Part shown: positions 62,543 to 64,000 of the stretch, piece after piece
How the letters are laid out: each line of letters opens with the position of its first letter
How positions within the stretch are numbered: the first letter of the stretch is position 1
Source: Octopus bimaculoides
Taxonomy: Eukaryota
Reading direction: 5' to 3'
NCBI RefSeq assembly: GCF_001194135.2
Contig: NC_068994.1
Span: 31,330,184-31,394,183, forward strand
Length of the DNA: 64,000 bases
Program-made: the position numbers and the translations under genes
The notes under the pieces: generated by a model
The model's database searches: none
The model's input: the letters and a program-made list of their open reading frames with translations, nothing else
What the model was told of the DNA's origin: nothing

Positions 62543-64000
62543 CAGGGTTGCCAATTTAGCATGTTTTATGCTAGATCTAGCATTTTCTTTTTTCAGCATT
62601 TAGCAGAAAAGTTTTGAATCTAGCATTTAGCAGGGAAAATAGCAGGTTTAAAATTTTATTTAGCATTTTTTAGCATTTTTCTCTGATCATGACATTTCGA
62701 CAATAGTTACCCTTTTTCTTCTTTTTCCTCCTTTTCTTTCGTTAATGTATCTTATAGCCAAATTTTAGTACTATCGGCTATTGTTGAATTTTTCTTTCCC
62801 TTTCTTGAAACTTCAAATGAAAGTTTATCAAAAGGAAGTTTATCAAGTTATGAACTTTTCCACCCCCACCGGCTAGGATACAGAGTGGTGTTGCTGGAGG
62901 GAGGGGGAGAAGATAACTCGTGTCAGCACCTGAACTCACTACGCAATAATGTAAATATGTTGCAAAGAATGAAAGCATGGAAATTCATCCTAACAATGCT
63001 TTATTCTGTAGTGATGAGTTTTTATCATGACAGATTGACTCGTTTACTTTCAGTTTGACTGTTTTAAAATAGGCCTGTGTTTTTTCATGCTTGTTTTGGA
63101 TTATATATCTTGTATAGAAGTACGGGGGTGGTGGGGTCTCCCCCTTTATATTTCTACTTACTTTTTTTTTTTCAAGTATTGTGGTTATTGTGGATATATT
63201 TGTGGTTTTACCAATAGATATTAAATGTAAGATTGGAAGTGAAATATGATGTTCCCAGGTTTATATCAGAACACAGTTTTAGGATTTCTGAAGATTTTAC
63301 TTTTCCATTTATAAGTTGGCCACTCTGCATCCTAAATCAGTATTCCTCACTGCATGAATTTGTAAGCAGCAAACATGAGAATTGTTAATGACGAATGAAA
63401 GAATTGTTAGCAGCAAACTGATAAGTTGTTTTCAATTTTATATATTTATTAATCATTCAATTTATTTTCTTGCTTCCCACTACATTATAATGAGCAAAGA
63501 AAAACAAAGTTGTACCAGCAAAAACTCCGAAAGGAATGGCTTAAGATGCCAGCGTTTACTAAGTGGTTGTGTGAAGTACCTAGTGATTAATCTAAAGCCC
63601 ATTGCAGATATTGTTGATGTAATATGTTGGCAAAATTCTCTTTTAGTAAGCCACTGTGAAGCAAAGAAACATAAAGCATCAACTCCCCGGCAAATGATTC
63701 TTACCAATTTTATTAAAACCAAAAATGATAAGACATCTTGAAGCAAATTTAGCAATGTTTATTTGTTGCCACTCATTGTTTAATAGCTGTGATCGCTTAA
63801 TAGAGTTATGTAAGAATTATGTCTGATAGTGATATTATATCCAAAGTGAAGTTGCATTGTACAAAATGTGCAAATATTGTGAGAAATGTTCTAGCTCCAT
63901 ATTTTGATGGAGATTTGATTTCTGATATAGAAGATAGAGAATTTAGCCTGTTATTAGATGAATCCAATGATATATCAATAAACAAGTTGTTGGGAATTGT
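62543..64000 (+). mobile_element. Decayed hAT-like DNA transposon (left end plus transposase N-terminus), running off the window
   Basis: Terminus CAGGGTTGCCA with subterminal TAGCA repeats. Broken reading YQQKLRKEWL..FTKWL..D*SKAHCRYC..SHCEAKKH (BED-like finger), KLHCTKCANIVRNVLAP and FSLLLDESNDIS. Confidence 0.8.

Noticed and set aside
63382-63741. 119-aa ORF as a host gene
   Set aside because: It is a frameshifted mosaic of the decayed hAT transposase N-terminus.

Overview
AT-rich, microsatellite- and transposon-dense animal genomic DNA with five assembly gaps. It is most likely an octopus (coleoid cephalopod); this is inferred from the clustered C2H2 genes and repeat families, not proven. 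The window holds four intact C2H2 zinc-finger genes with no recognisable KRAB/ZAD/BTB/SCAN domain: ZNF-A (minus, about 23 finger units), ZNF-B (plus, 14), ZNF-C (plus, 9) and ZNF-D (plus, 11). Each finger array lies in one large coding exon behind a clear splice acceptor, and three of the four show internal duplication of DNA-contacting modules. ZNF-A and ZNF-B appear to share a divergent promoter. Between the genes are decayed mariner, hAT, RTE, CR1-like and Penelope-like elements, three or more SINE families, piggyBac/hAT MITEs and many long inverted repeats. Most notable observations: (1) a roughly 530-nt, helix-dense, CpG-rich segment at 56.36-56.90 kb whose motifs fall in the order of an animal telomerase RNA (speculative); (2) a minimal hammerhead ribozyme and a tRNA-like segment inside the Penelope element; (3) a probable hidden upstream coding exon of ZNF-A with a frame-switching tandem acceptor; (4) a 1.5-kb inverted duplication beside the promoters of paralogues ZNF-C and ZNF-D. 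All alignments and folds were done by eye; nothing was computed or searched.
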